From: a virus
Lineage: Duplodnaviria > Caudoviricetes
Virus record (IMG/VR): IMGVR_UViG_3300020045_002561
Span: 1-28,966 of that record
Reading direction: 5' to 3' (one strand)
Length of the DNA: 28,966 nt
Under the pieces are notes generated by a model, which ran no database searches, was not told the DNA's origin, and worked only from the letters and a program-made list of their open reading frames with translations. Positions 1 through 9,331 of the stretch are shown one piece after another. Numbering within the stretch: the first letter of the stretch is position 1; the number at the start of each line of letters is the position of its first letter. The translations under genes were made by a program, and so were the position numbers.

Positions 1-1868
1 ACTTCAGGAGCTGGTAAATTTTTAAAGGCATTCGCTGTAATTAGTGCCTGCTGAGTTGAGCTTATAGCCGTGTTCGTTACAAACCCGCCATCGGCGTAAC
101 CCTTCATAGCTGTAGGTCTAATTGCATTCGCTGCGCTAGGTCCCCCGGCCATCGCAACATCGCGTTGATTCCAAACTACTTCACCAGCGTGTACTATTCC
201 GGCTGGTTTGTATTTGTCGCCTGGTCCTGTGTATCCACCTTCAGCGAATTGGAATCCATTAATTTGAGCTACGTTAGCAAGACCTGTAGCGATTGCCGCG
301 CCCGCATAAGCTGCTCCTAAAGCTGGACTAGCTACGGTAGGAACAGGAAGGAAAGCAGCTTCGTAAGCTTTTTGAGCCGCAGCGTAAGTTGATATTAAGG
401 TTGAAACAGTGGCAAATGCTTTATAAGCAGCTGTGTTTTCTTCGAACAAAGAAGCTCCAGCGGCAAGTATGTCGGCACTTATTGCAAGTTGTTGTTGGTC
501 TGCTTGCTCCTTTAAAGCGTTGGTTTGAAGCTTTGCTTTAAGGTCAGCGTCGTAGTAATTCTTATTTACCGCTAAAAGATTATCAGCAAGTTCTTGTTGA
601 GCTTTTACTGCATTGCTGGCACTGGTTTCTGTTGGCTGTAAGGTGTTGATTGGAATACCCGATTGTGTGGTATCAACCGTACCAGACTTTTGATGCCTTG
701 CTAGTTGTTCCTCTAGTCTGATTTGTTCAACCAGCTTTGCATTGATATTTCCTTTAAGTATATCATTAGCCTTGATCCTTTTATTAATTTCTAGTTCAAT
801 CTTACTTATCTCTGCTGTCTTCTGATTTATTAAAGTTTGTATCGCGTCCTTATCCTTAACGAACCCTATTTGCTTCTCAAGTATTGCTAATTCTTTTTGG
901 TTAACATCAACTAGTTCAGCTTTGTTGTTTACTAAATTTGCTCCAATTGCGTTAGCTAATTCTAGCTGTCTATTTAAAGATGTTTGTTCTTCGTTTATTT
1001 CGGTTAAAAGTTCCTGATTTTCCGATAGTCTATCATTTACACCATCCCTTATTAGAAGTTCTTCCCTTTGTAAATCTTGTAATTTTTCAATGTTTAAAGC
1101 ATGAGCCTTTGTGAAAGCTGCAACAGCAGGGGCGTAATAGTTTAAAAAAGAATTTAAAGCTTTAGTTAAAAATCCTTCTCCATCTTCTTCACTTGAAAAT
1201 AGATTAGCAAATGCGTTAGTTGTAATTTGAACCGCTGCACTCAATTGATTTTGTGCGAACTCTAAGTCTTTTGCTCCCGCTGTTGATCTTGCATAAGCTG
1301 CTCCCAAAGCTCCTATAATACCAACCGCAGCCGTAGCTGGGTTAGCGAATGAAGCTAGTTTTGTGGTAAGTCCACCGACTGAAGTACCGGCAACGTTTAT
1401 ATTTTGGATAGCATCGCCAAACGCTTTTGGATAGTTACCAATTTGATTTTTAAACAGTCCCGCAGCCTTGTCTCCCTTCGTTAACTGTGCCGAAAGTTTG
1501 GCTATCTGGTTCTCAAGTTCCTTAGCCTTTAGAACTCCTTTCGTACTACCTTGATTTAATCCATCGTATTCTTTTACTAACCTAGAAATCTGCTGACGTA
1601 AAGCATCACGGGAATTGCTTTCAGTATTGATGGTTTTAATTAATGTCGCCTTCTGTTGTTGCTCCTTTTTAATGTTTGCCTGAAGACGTATGTTTTCCTG
1701 GATATACTCCTGTTGGGTAATATTCCCCGCTTTATAGGCTTTGGTTAGCTCCTGCTGGGCTTTTTTATTGTCCAATAGAATCCCTTCAATCTTTTCAAGT
1801 TGCTTTTCAGCGGCCCCTTGATCGACTACGAATTCTAGTAATATGGTTTCTGTCTGCTCGTTAGCCAT
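1..1868 (-). CDS. Tail tape measure protein (3' end runs off the window)
   Basis: Not in the ORF track; both ends read manually in the same frame. ATG at 1868 gives MANEQTETILLEFVVDQGAAEKQLEK..., followed by coiled-coil and Ala/Gly-rich segments (NQIGNYPKAF). The C-terminal part has FAEGGYTGPGDKYKPAGIVHAGEVV and GYADGGFV, motifs typical of tape measure C-termini. More than 620 codons. Confidence 0.88.
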   Translation of the reverse strand, partial: MANEQTETILLEFVVDQGAAEKQLEKIEGILLDNKKAQQELTKAYKAGNITQQEYIQENIRLQANIKKEQQQKATLIKTINTESNSRDALRQQISRLVKEYDGLNQGSTKGVLKAKELENQIAKLSAQLTKGDKAAGLFKNQIGNYPKAFGDAIQNINVAGTSVGGLTTKLASFANPATAAVGIIGALGAAYARSTAGAKDLEFAQNQLSAAVQITTNAFANLFSSEEDGEGFLTKALNSFLNYYAPAVAAFTKAHALNIEKLQDLQREELLIRDGVNDRLSENQELLTEINEEQTSLNRQLELANAIGANLVNNKAELVDVNQKELAILEKQIGFVKDKDAIQTLINQKTAEISKIELEINKRIKANDILKGNINAKLVEQIRLEEQLARHQKSGTVDTTQSGIPINTLQPTETSASNAVKAQQELADNLLAVNKNYYDADLKAKLQTNALKEQADQQQLAISADILAAGASLFEENTAAYKAFATVSTLISTYAAAQKAYEAAFLPVPTVASPALGAAYAGAAIATGLANVAQINGFQFAEGGYTGPGDKYKPAGIVHAGEVVWNQRDVAMAGGPSAANAIRPTAMKGYADGGFVTNTAISSTQQALITANAFKNLPAPE

Positions 1869-4023
1869 TGCGTTTAATTAATTCGAAGATACAACTAGTC
1901 CAACTATTTTTAAACCCTGATATTTTGTTACCGTAAAACTGGCAATCGAAATCACCAAATCTTAACCTGATTGGCTGGGTAAAAGTTATCTGTTTAAAAA
2001 CACTTTCAGGTAAATTACATACCGCATAAATCTTAACCGGATCGTTCAATATGCTTTTTAAATCCGAATAGTAGTTATCAATCAACCCTTTTTGATAAGA
2101 TCCCAATTGATTAACAGGATCAAACGCCAAAGAGTTAACCATACCATCAGTCACTAATCCAGTAAAAGGCTTATCAAACCACGCATAAGTGGCTTCTGTA
2201 AAAGGATTGGACCCTAAATAAACGGTAGAGAATGGCGAAAACTCACTTATTGAAAGGAATGAATTGACCATTATTATCGGAGTATCACTGTCTAAAACCT
2301 CAGTAGTTATTAGATTAAAGTTAGCCGTGGCAGTGTTTATAAAAGATACATTTACCAGTTCAAAGTAAGTTCCAGTAACGACCGAAAGAATTCCTGTTCC
2401 GTCATACGCTGAATTAGAGCTGTCGAAAATTTCTACTATCCTTCCTACCACCATACCGATAGGCATTGCCCCGGTTACGTTGAAACGAGCGATACCACTA
2501 CTATCTGAAACGGATGTTATGTCAAATTCCGTGTCGTTTACTCTTGAGTAACTCGCAAAGTTTATCTTAGCAATAGGTGCCGCAAAGTTATTATTGTAGT
2601 AAGTAAATGGTGGTGCAAATTCAAGTTCTAAAACATCGACGCTTTCATTTAAATATTTATTGGTTAATCTAATTGCGCCAGCTCCGTACTCTAAAGTATT
2701 GGCTTTGTTGTAGTCCTCAACCTCGGTAATCTCAGGGACGGTGTACTTAAAATTATTTATCTTGGCAAAAGAATCTATAAACTCGTAGTAATCAACTTCG
2801 ATAGAACTTACGTATTCTGATATATCAATCTCTGGCTGAAGTGTTATATTTTTGAATAACCTGGTATCTAGAGTTTTGGTGAAAGGGTTGTAATCAATAA
2901 CCACGTTAAACATATTGAACACGTTCCTTACAAAAGTTGACTTGTCCATGCTTGGTATATAATCCGAAGCATAGAAGTACTCGAAGTATAGAGGGTAAAT
3001 AGTAATACTTGACCCTGTTAATAAGTTGGCAGTTGATGTTACCGACGTAACGTAGAAATCAACATAATCACCAGCAACTAAATCTAATGTTGTGGTGTAC
3101 GTGTTTTCTTCTGTGAACTCCCATGTTCTTTCGACTGATCCGTTAACCTCTATTTCATAGGTATACTCCTGATCTACACTTGTTCGTAAATCATGCACTA
3201 TCTTGATCGTCATTGCAACATCTGCCACATATCGAAACAGAGTATTATCCCACAGTTCCGATTCGCCGTCACTGAATGGATCAGTCGATGTTAGTTGTAA
3301 CTTGGTTCTTGATGTCGGCAAAGATTGTGAAGAATTGCGACCTACCTTAGAAGTCCTGTCGTCTATCCTGTCTGCGCGTGTGTCACCACGATTTGAGGTA
3401 ATGATTAAGTTTTGATACAGAGCATCTTGAAGTAACTCACCTGATATTTTTAATCCGGCATTAGTTAATACCTTTTTAAGAATCTGACTTACAAAATAGA
3501 AAGGATGAAAGTCAAAAGCATTCTGGTTTAAGTTTCTTGTGTCGTTGGCAAATGCTTGGCCTAGCCTATTTTCGAGTCCTCCTTTATCCACGATAGGAAA
3601 CTTAACACCTGTTAAAGAGCTGTTCCATGTATCGGTAACCATAGTGGAACTTTTAGCCACATCCAATTCACTCCAATCAATATCAAGTAAATTTCCTGTG
3701 AGTAATGTTATCCAGTTGTTATTACCTGAGAAGAATCCGCAAGTTATAACATTTGTATACTTTTCAACTCTCAGCATTCCGTAGTAAATCCCTACACCTG
3801 AATCGTTTTGAACCTCAGCCGGGATTGACTGATAAATTATTTTATTGGTTCTGTTTACAGAGTCAACCTGTAATATTCTCCTATTGTTTGCCGTGTCGTC
3901 AAGATCAAAAGCATAAGAGAAGTCGCCAAGTGTTTCAGAAAAAGCCTCGAATAGTTTGCTTTGGCGTTCGATTTCTATGTCGCCGCTAAAGTCTAAATAC
4001 TCGCCATTTGCTTTTAACATCAT
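1861..4023 (-). CDS. Tail tip/baseplate hub-like structural protein (720 aa)
   Basis: N-terminus GDFSYAFDLDDTANNRRIL and C-terminus ITFTQPIRL...IFELIK resemble the Bacteroidota-phage tail protein found next to the tape measure gene. Contains internal beta-rich inserts. Confidence 0.7.
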   Translation of the reverse strand: MMLKANGEYLDFSGDIEIERQSKLFEAFSETLGDFSYAFDLDDTANNRRILQVDSVNRTNKIIYQSIPAEVQNDSGVGIYYGMLRVEKYTNVITCGFFSGNNNWITLLTGNLLDIDWSELDVAKSSTMVTDTWNSSLTGVKFPIVDKGGLENRLGQAFANDTRNLNQNAFDFHPFYFVSQILKKVLTNAGLKISGELLQDALYQNLIITSNRGDTRADRIDDRTSKVGRNSSQSLPTSRTKLQLTSTDPFSDGESELWDNTLFRYVADVAMTIKIVHDLRTSVDQEYTYEIEVNGSVERTWEFTEENTYTTTLDLVAGDYVDFYVTSVTSTANLLTGSSITIYPLYFEYFYASDYIPSMDKSTFVRNVFNMFNVVIDYNPFTKTLDTRLFKNITLQPEIDISEYVSSIEVDYYEFIDSFAKINNFKYTVPEITEVEDYNKANTLEYGAGAIRLTNKYLNESVDVLELEFAPPFTYYNNNFAAPIAKINFASYSRVNDTEFDITSVSDSSGIARFNVTGAMPIGMVVGRIVEIFDSSNSAYDGTGILSVVTGTYFELVNVSFINTATANFNLITTEVLDSDTPIIMVNSFLSISEFSPFSTVYLGSNPFTEATYAWFDKPFTGLVTDGMVNSLAFDPVNQLGSYQKGLIDNYYSDLKSILNDPVKIYAVCNLPESVFKQITFTQPIRLRFGDFDCQFYGNKISGFKNSWTSCIFELIKRNG

Positions 4024-4439
4024 ACTCTTTGCGATGGTATATTATCCGTGTAGGTTAATGTAAATTGAAGTGTGAATAATTTATCTCTTTCGTCGTAAAT
4101 CTTGAAAGAATCAGTGTCTACTATTACTGTTCTTCTATCTACCCGGCTTTCAACGATCTGAACTACTGGGCTTGTTTTGATATACTTCAAAGCGTCCAAT
4201 TGATTCAAGGTTAAATGCTGGGTGATTACTACAATCTTTTTACCTGCTTCTCTGAAAGTCTGCTTATTGATTGTGTCAGCATTGGTACCGTATGAGTTAG
4301 GCCAGTTCGGTAGAATGTTATTACGAGATGTTCCAGTGGACTGGATTTCTATTTGAAATTCCTTTTTAGTCGTGAAAAAGAAATACTCAAAACCTCCTAA
4401 GTAATTCAGCCAAGTTAAATATAATGGTGTTACTGTCAT
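4020..4439 (-). CDS. Tail structural protein (139 aa)
   Basis: YLTWLNYLGGFEYFFF and IKTSPVVQ motifs; translationally coupled to both neighbours in the tail operon. Confidence 0.6.
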   Translation of the reverse strand: MTVTPLYLTWLNYLGGFEYFFFTTKKEFQIEIQSTGTSRNNILPNWPNSYGTNADTINKQTFREAGKKIVVITQHLTLNQLDALKYIKTSPVVQIVESRVDRRTVIVDTDSFKIYDERDKLFTLQFTLTYTDNIPSQRV

Positions 4440-6271
4440 TATTCTAAAAGTCTAAAGCTTCCGTCCTCCAATAATCTTATTCCTTCTGGTTCTTCAATGA
4501 ATGTACTATCACATTCTTCTATTATGTCCATGCAAATTCGTTCTGTTATAATCTGAGCTGCAACCGCTGGAGTAGATGGGGTTGTTTGCGCCCCTGACCT
4601 TCCAGTAATTGTAAAACTTACATCAGAACCGTCGGTAACACTTACGCCTATTTTGGTTTCAGTACCTAGAGAAACAAAAGATAAACTAATCGTATCACTT
4701 CCGCCTGGTGATGGAGGTGTGGTATCACTTGATGTATGTATAATGTTGAATGAATTATCAAAAGCACTTATTGTAATACTTCTAGGGTTTGAAGTTCCTG
4801 AATTATAAACCTTTGTATAATTCACTGTTATTGTGTAAGAATAACTTAAAACAAAAGCATAATCGCAATATAAATCTTCTGACGAAGCTGGAGTAAAAAC
4901 ACCAGTCCCTACAACTGTAACATCAGGATTTGGTATACCTGTACCCCAGTTAGCTATAAATCCAGAAGTAGACCTAGATAACCAATCTATCAAGTCTGGC
5001 AATGTGATTGCGCTGGTTACTCCTGGTCCTTCTGCTGATCCTGCGGTCGAAGCTTGTACGCAGTATTCATCATACCCGCTTTCTATTTCCAACGGAACCC
5101 TGATAACTCCGGTGCCTGGGTTTGTGATAGTGATCGTTTCTAATATAGAAACCCCGGCCAAAGTCTTTGTTATTTCTACCGTAATGTCTGTAGCTAAAAA
5201 TCTGTTTATGAATGACAAGTCAAAGAATCTACCAACTACTCCTATAGGCCTGGATTGTAGTGTTAGCCATTGGGCGTAGTAAACATCTTCGTTTATGTAG
5301 TCTGAAAGATGGGAAACACTTTCCGATTTAAATTGAAGCTTCGAGTTGATCGCGTGACCTATAAAGTCATCCGTTGTTATCTCCCCTTCAAATGTTGTCA
5401 CCTCTTCACCGTCCGAAACGTCATAGCTTTCAAAGTACTGAATATAAAACCCGACCATGAAATCCAAGTTATTAGGTAGAGTGTCAAGCGTTAAATTATT
5501 CCTGGTTTTGATGTAGGATTTTAAAACCTCAGCTATTGAAAACTTGATTTGATTATTATCGTCCGGGGAGAACTGCAAAGTAGCTGCAATCTCAAACGGT
5601 AGCCTATCTTCCCATCGGTGCCCCGGTTCTAAGCCTGCCCAAACAATTACGTTTATAGTGTAGTTTTCATACCACTTTATGACCTGAAGTCCGGTAAAAG
5701 TATTCGCGACATTATAAGGCAAATCTATTACGATGTTCCAATCATGGTAAACTGTTACTATTTGATAAACTCCTTCCAAGTCTCCAGAACCAAACAGTTT
5801 GATTTTATCCAGTGCTAATGGGTTATTAAGTCCAACAGATAAAGCAAGTCGAGTTAATCCGCCTTCGTCTGATTGGCTGATTATCGTAGTTGGTGTGTAC
5901 GCTTCTTCAGCTACGTTATTAGGTGAAATATCAGATTCAAGCTCGTAAACTATCGGAAGGTGAACGCACTGATAACCGTGTTCTAAAACAGAAACGCGGT
6001 AAGTAATGTCGGCATCCTGGATATATTCAACTGCGTCGCTGTTCTCACTGTACCGGATCTTAAAAGAATCGTATGCAATAGAATCAACATACTTGTAACC
6101 GTTGTAAGAATCGAAGTTCGATTGTATGTAAACGTAATCTCCATCGACTAAAGCGTGACCGGTTGCCATGTATACCAAAGCATCACCAGCGCCATTATCA
6201 ATAATAACAGCTTCAATCTCTGAATCGCTGAGCTTGTGACCTAATGGGTTTTTAATTAAGGTTAGTGCCAC
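4439..6271 (-). CDS. Virion structural protein with repeated beta-barrel modules (610 aa)
   Basis: GHALVDGDYVYIQ...YNGYKYV-type modules, beta-rich composition, C-terminal RLLEDGSFRLLE; lies in the tail operon. Confidence 0.62.
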   Translation of the reverse strand: MALTLIKNPLGHKLSDSEIEAVIIDNGAGDALVYMATGHALVDGDYVYIQSNFDSYNGYKYVDSIAYDSFKIRYSENSDAVEYIQDADITYRVSVLEHGYQCVHLPIVYELESDISPNNVAEEAYTPTTIISQSDEGGLTRLALSVGLNNPLALDKIKLFGSGDLEGVYQIVTVYHDWNIVIDLPYNVANTFTGLQVIKWYENYTINVIVWAGLEPGHRWEDRLPFEIAATLQFSPDDNNQIKFSIAEVLKSYIKTRNNLTLDTLPNNLDFMVGFYIQYFESYDVSDGEEVTTFEGEITTDDFIGHAINSKLQFKSESVSHLSDYINEDVYYAQWLTLQSRPIGVVGRFFDLSFINRFLATDITVEITKTLAGVSILETITITNPGTGVIRVPLEIESGYDEYCVQASTAGSAEGPGVTSAITLPDLIDWLSRSTSGFIANWGTGIPNPDVTVVGTGVFTPASSEDLYCDYAFVLSYSYTITVNYTKVYNSGTSNPRSITISAFDNSFNIIHTSSDTTPPSPGGSDTISLSFVSLGTETKIGVSVTDGSDVSFTITGRSGAQTTPSTPAVAAQIITERICMDIIEECDSTFIEEPEGIRLLEDGSFRLLE

Positions 6272-6743
6272 TTGATGTTATTTTTACTACGTTCTTTAAA
6301 TACTCATTCGTGAACTGTCCGAGAACAGCCTTTGAAATACCATCAACAAAATCATCTGTGATCACATTGGAAAATATGTCTTCACGGCCTCCTGATCTGA
6401 AAAGCTTGGTTCCTTTTTGATGGATTGATAAAGCTATTCCATACGCTGCCTTTTCTTCCTTACCCCTGGCACGACACCATTCCTTAATCGATTCAACAAA
6501 CTCTTTAGATGGCTTGGTATATTCCGGTGTAGGCTTGCGCCCCGTCTCCACTACCTTAAAGAAAGGCTTTCCAATAATGCGTAGAATTTGAGTATCAGTC
6601 TGGTCTATAACTTCGAACCGTAATGATGATGATGTTTTCCCGGTGGCGTTAGTTCCGGTTGAAGCAAGGTTCTGCCTTATTTGGTCCACTACCGTGTTAC
6701 CTGTTTGGCTCAATATGGTAAGCACATCAACAAACAACTTCAC
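6252..6743 (-). CDS. Tail completion / HK97 gp10-like neck protein
   Basis: NATGKTSSSLRF, VETGRKP, IKEWCRARG and IALSIHQKGT motifs. Confidence 0.65.
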   Translation of the reverse strand: MKLFVDVLTILSQTGNTVVDQIRQNLASTGTNATGKTSSSLRFEVIDQTDTQILRIIGKPFFKVVETGRKPTPEYTKPSKEFVESIKEWCRARGKEEKAAYGIALSIHQKGTKLFRSGGREDIFSNVITDDFVDGISKAVLGQFTNEYLKNVVKITSSGTNLN

Positions 6744-7197
6744 AGTAGTTAAAATCGTCTGTCTCCTGTAGAGAGAAGTTTAGGATATACCCAGTAACAA
6801 CATCCTTCATAGCTTTTATAAATGGCTGTTGGCTCATGCCTGTTATAATTACATCGCCATGAGTTACACAATCACTTGAAGCATTTGAGTTTAGTTTGTT
6901 TATGAACAGGTCAGCTAAGTGATTCATCCTATCCAGTATTAAACTGTACTGTTCCTGATCGCTTCCATCACTATCCTTATCAACAAAAGCAATTGATACT
7001 TGCCAAGTCTTAGAGTAGTTGAAAACGTTGTTAACAGAAAAACTTGTCGTTGATGTTAGGGGTTGACAGGCTATGAGAGGATACTTAATATCGCGCTCCA
7101 TGTTTGTATCAGAGCGCCGCCCGTAGTCGAAAGTGATATTATCTGCTAATGATTTGGCAGTGGATTCTATAAGAAGCCTAATCCCTTTATGACTCAT
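6727..7197 (-). CDS. Putative tail terminator-like protein
   Basis: 156 aa with IKYPL and PF...VTGY motifs; position next to the tail completion gene. Confidence 0.5.
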   Translation of the reverse strand: MSHKGIRLLIESTAKSLADNITFDYGRRSDTNMERDIKYPLIACQPLTSTTSFSVNNVFNYSKTWQVSIAFVDKDSDGSDQEQYSLILDRMNHLADLFINKLNSNASSDCVTHGDVIITGMSQQPFIKAMKDVVTGYILNFSLQETDDFNYCEVVC

Positions 7198-7202
7198 GTA
7201 GC

Positions 7203-7210
7203 CAAAATTA
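7203..7210 (-). promoter_or_regulatory. Bacteroidota -7 promoter element TAATTTTG
   Basis: Exact TAnnTTTG match 5 nt upstream of the ATG at 7197. Confidence 0.45.
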
Positions 7211-7212
7211 GA

Positions 7213-7488
7213 CTATTTCTTTTTCATCTGCAATTTGTTGTACTCTGAATTACATTTCGCCTCCCAAGCCAGAAATATATGTTTAAACCAAAACCTTTTA
7301 GCTCCCCATGAATAAAGCACGTCTTCCGGTATGTTTAAAGTCCTGGATATTCGGTCTATCGTCGCATACGACCCAAACTTTTTCTGGAAGTCTTCCCACC
7401 CAGCTTCGATTTCTTCTGGCTCCGGTTGGTATTCGGGGAGGTTGTTTGAATGCCAGTTGATAAGCTCAATAGCTTTATTAAAAAAAAA
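7213..7488 (-). CDS. -1 frameshift extension of the 7985-start gene (gpGT-like, about 257 aa total)
   Basis: The -1 frame has no ATG near its start and reads FNKAIELINWHSNNLPEYQPEPEEIEAGWEDFQKKFGSYATIDRISRTLNIPEDVLYSWGAKRFWFKHIFLAWEAKCNSEYNKLQMKKK* from the T9 run to TAG at 7215-7213. It fills the gap before the next gene. Confidence 0.78.
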   Translation of the reverse strand, partial: FFFNKAIELINWHSNNLPEYQPEPEEIEAGWEDFQKKFGSYATIDRISRTLNIPEDVLYSWGAKRFWFKHIFLAWEAKCNSEYNKLQMKKK

Positions 7489-7985
7489 CTTCCCGCAGGC
7501 ACCACCTCCTTAGCTGGCATTTGTTTTACCTCGTCAACCATTGCCATAGCTTTAGAGAAACTGTACTCGCCATCCCTGATTTCTTGAAGGTATATCGCAC
7601 AATATTTAGCGTATCCTTCAGCAATTGATTTTGGTCCTTTATCAGAATCAATCATGACTTTCCTCATGTCCTCGAACTGGTCCAACCGCTTAAACTGTGG
7701 GTTGAACTGGCATTTTGAATCTAAAGGAAGTTTGTATTTACCCAGTTTGAATGTTGTTTCAGGGAATTTACAAGGCTTGTTTAAGAACTGACACGCTTGA
7801 ATGAGTGGTTCAAGTCCTATAATCGTGGACTTTTTGAGATATTCGTAATCTAGTCCCGAGACGATAGAGACCGCTTGCAATGTATCGTTCTTTAAATCAA
7901 ATATTTTCAAAAACTGCTCCAGTGTTAGGTCGTCCCAATCTGTTGCTATGTCAATCGATTTACCGTTTAGTTTAAATTTTATCAT
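7356..7985 (-). CDS. Tail assembly chaperone-like protein, frame-0 product (209 aa)
   Basis: N-terminus ATDWDDLTLEQF; T9 slippery run at S166-F167-F168; low-complexity basic tail after the run. Confidence 0.6.
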   Translation of the reverse strand: MIKFKLNGKSIDIATDWDDLTLEQFLKIFDLKNDTLQAVSIVSGLDYEYLKKSTIIGLEPLIQACQFLNKPCKFPETTFKLGKYKLPLDSKCQFNPQFKRLDQFEDMRKVMIDSDKGPKSIAEGYAKYCAIYLQEIRDGEYSFSKAMAMVDEVKQMPAKEVVPAGSFFLIKLLSLSTGIQTTSPNTNRSQKKSKLGGKTSRKSLGRMRR

Positions 7986-9331
7986 ACCTTATGAAAGCTT
8001 GATCTAAATGAACCTGTTTTTTTAAATGGCCTTAATTCCCACCATGCGCGCATGATGAAAGTATCTAAATCGTCCGGACTACGGCCTATTAAGTCCTTAA
8101 TCTTATCTTTTGGCATGATTGCTTGCTTTTTATCTGAGTCTTCAGTCTTTCTTTTCAACTGCTCAATCTCTTCAATTATTAATTCTCGTTCGGCTGGTGA
8201 CTGTTCATCTTCAAATATCAAATTTTCGTTGATAAGTTCTGATAATCGGTAACCACACTGGCTTTTTAACATATCAAAGTTGCCACCGTGTAGAGGTGAA
8301 GACAAAGCAACGAACCCCTTGCACCCAAGTATATCAACCACACCCCCGCCTATTCCATCCTCGTCTACAATTACCTCGCTCATCGGTATTCGGTATGTAT
8401 TTGCTAATGATTTGATCAATGCAGCGCTTTCGGTAACCTTTAATTTGCTTCTCTTTTCCTTTTTAATAACCCGTAGGCCGTCCCAAACCCTAATTACTAC
8501 TTTGTCATCACCGAAACGTGCAATATCTGCGGTAATGTACTTTTTGCCCCCTGAGACATACGAGTTGGTGAATATATTCAGGATGTTATCATATGAAACT
8601 AGCGACAAAGGATCATCTTCGTACTCCCATTCACCGTATTTTAGACGCTTTTTAAGTGTTGGGTCTTTTATTTCGTCAAGTGATTCTAAATAACCCTTAT
8701 CAATCTTATCGTTTTCAATTGCGAGTGACTGAATAAACACGTATCCAGCCTCCAAAGTACCTTCTTTATTCGGCTTGTAGAATGTATGGTAAAGCCAGTT
8801 CTTTTTTGGGTTAAAAGTTATTAAAACCTTTTTAGGAATGTTGTACTGCTCGTTTAATTGCCTGCCTACCCTTGATTTTAAGGTGTCAAAAGCATTGAAA
8901 TGCACTTTACCAGCCTCTTCTATCAATCCTCCGGTGTATTCAGTTGACCCAAACCGCTCGAATAGTGGATCTGATGGAACATACTTCAATTCAAGTAACG
9001 CAATCTCGCTGCCGTTCTTAAATCTGATAGCTGAGTAATGTTCGTAGTATCGAAACTCGTCCATTACACCATGTTTCTTTGCTACCTTGAAGAAGGTTTT
9101 AACTGTGGTATCTTTTAGGCTTTTCAATTCTTCCCTAGCCATAAAGTAACGAACACCTGGGAAGTTTAAACACATTGCCAGCTCCCATTCTGCACCTATC
9201 CAAGACTTTCCACCGCCAGCGCCACCACCAAATCCGATATACTTAGTTTCAAAGTCGTAAAGCTTCTCTAAAGCAAGAAACTGTTTATAATTAGGGTCGT
9301 GGGTGAATGTTCTAGTCTGAACTTGGTTCAT
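7982..9331 (-). CDS. terL: Terminase large subunit
   Basis: Walker A GGGAGGGKS, Walker B LIEEA, LITFNP coupling motif, nuclease motifs ITADIARFGDD and RSPDDLD. Confidence 0.96.
   Translation of the reverse strand: MNQVQTRTFTHDPNYKQFLALEKLYDFETKYIGFGGGAGGGKSWIGAEWELAMCLNFPGVRYFMAREELKSLKDTTVKTFFKVAKKHGVMDEFRYYEHYSAIRFKNGSEIALLELKYVPSDPLFERFGSTEYTGGLIEEAGKVHFNAFDTLKSRVGRQLNEQYNIPKKVLITFNPKKNWLYHTFYKPNKEGTLEAGYVFIQSLAIENDKIDKGYLESLDEIKDPTLKKRLKYGEWEYEDDPLSLVSYDNILNIFTNSYVSGGKKYITADIARFGDDKVVIRVWDGLRVIKKEKRSKLKVTESAALIKSLANTYRIPMSEVIVDEDGIGGGVVDILGCKGFVALSSPLHGGNFDMLKSQCGYRLSELINENLIFEDEQSPAERELIIEEIEQLKRKTEDSDKKQAIMPKDKIKDLIGRSPDDLDTFIMRAWWELRPFKKTGSFRSSFHKV

Noticed and set aside
3203-9038. 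Plus-strand ORFs in the track (3203, 3539, 3753, 5004, 7331, 8052, 8280, 8838)
   Set aside because: Antisense shadows of well-supported minus-strand genes, with no motifs.
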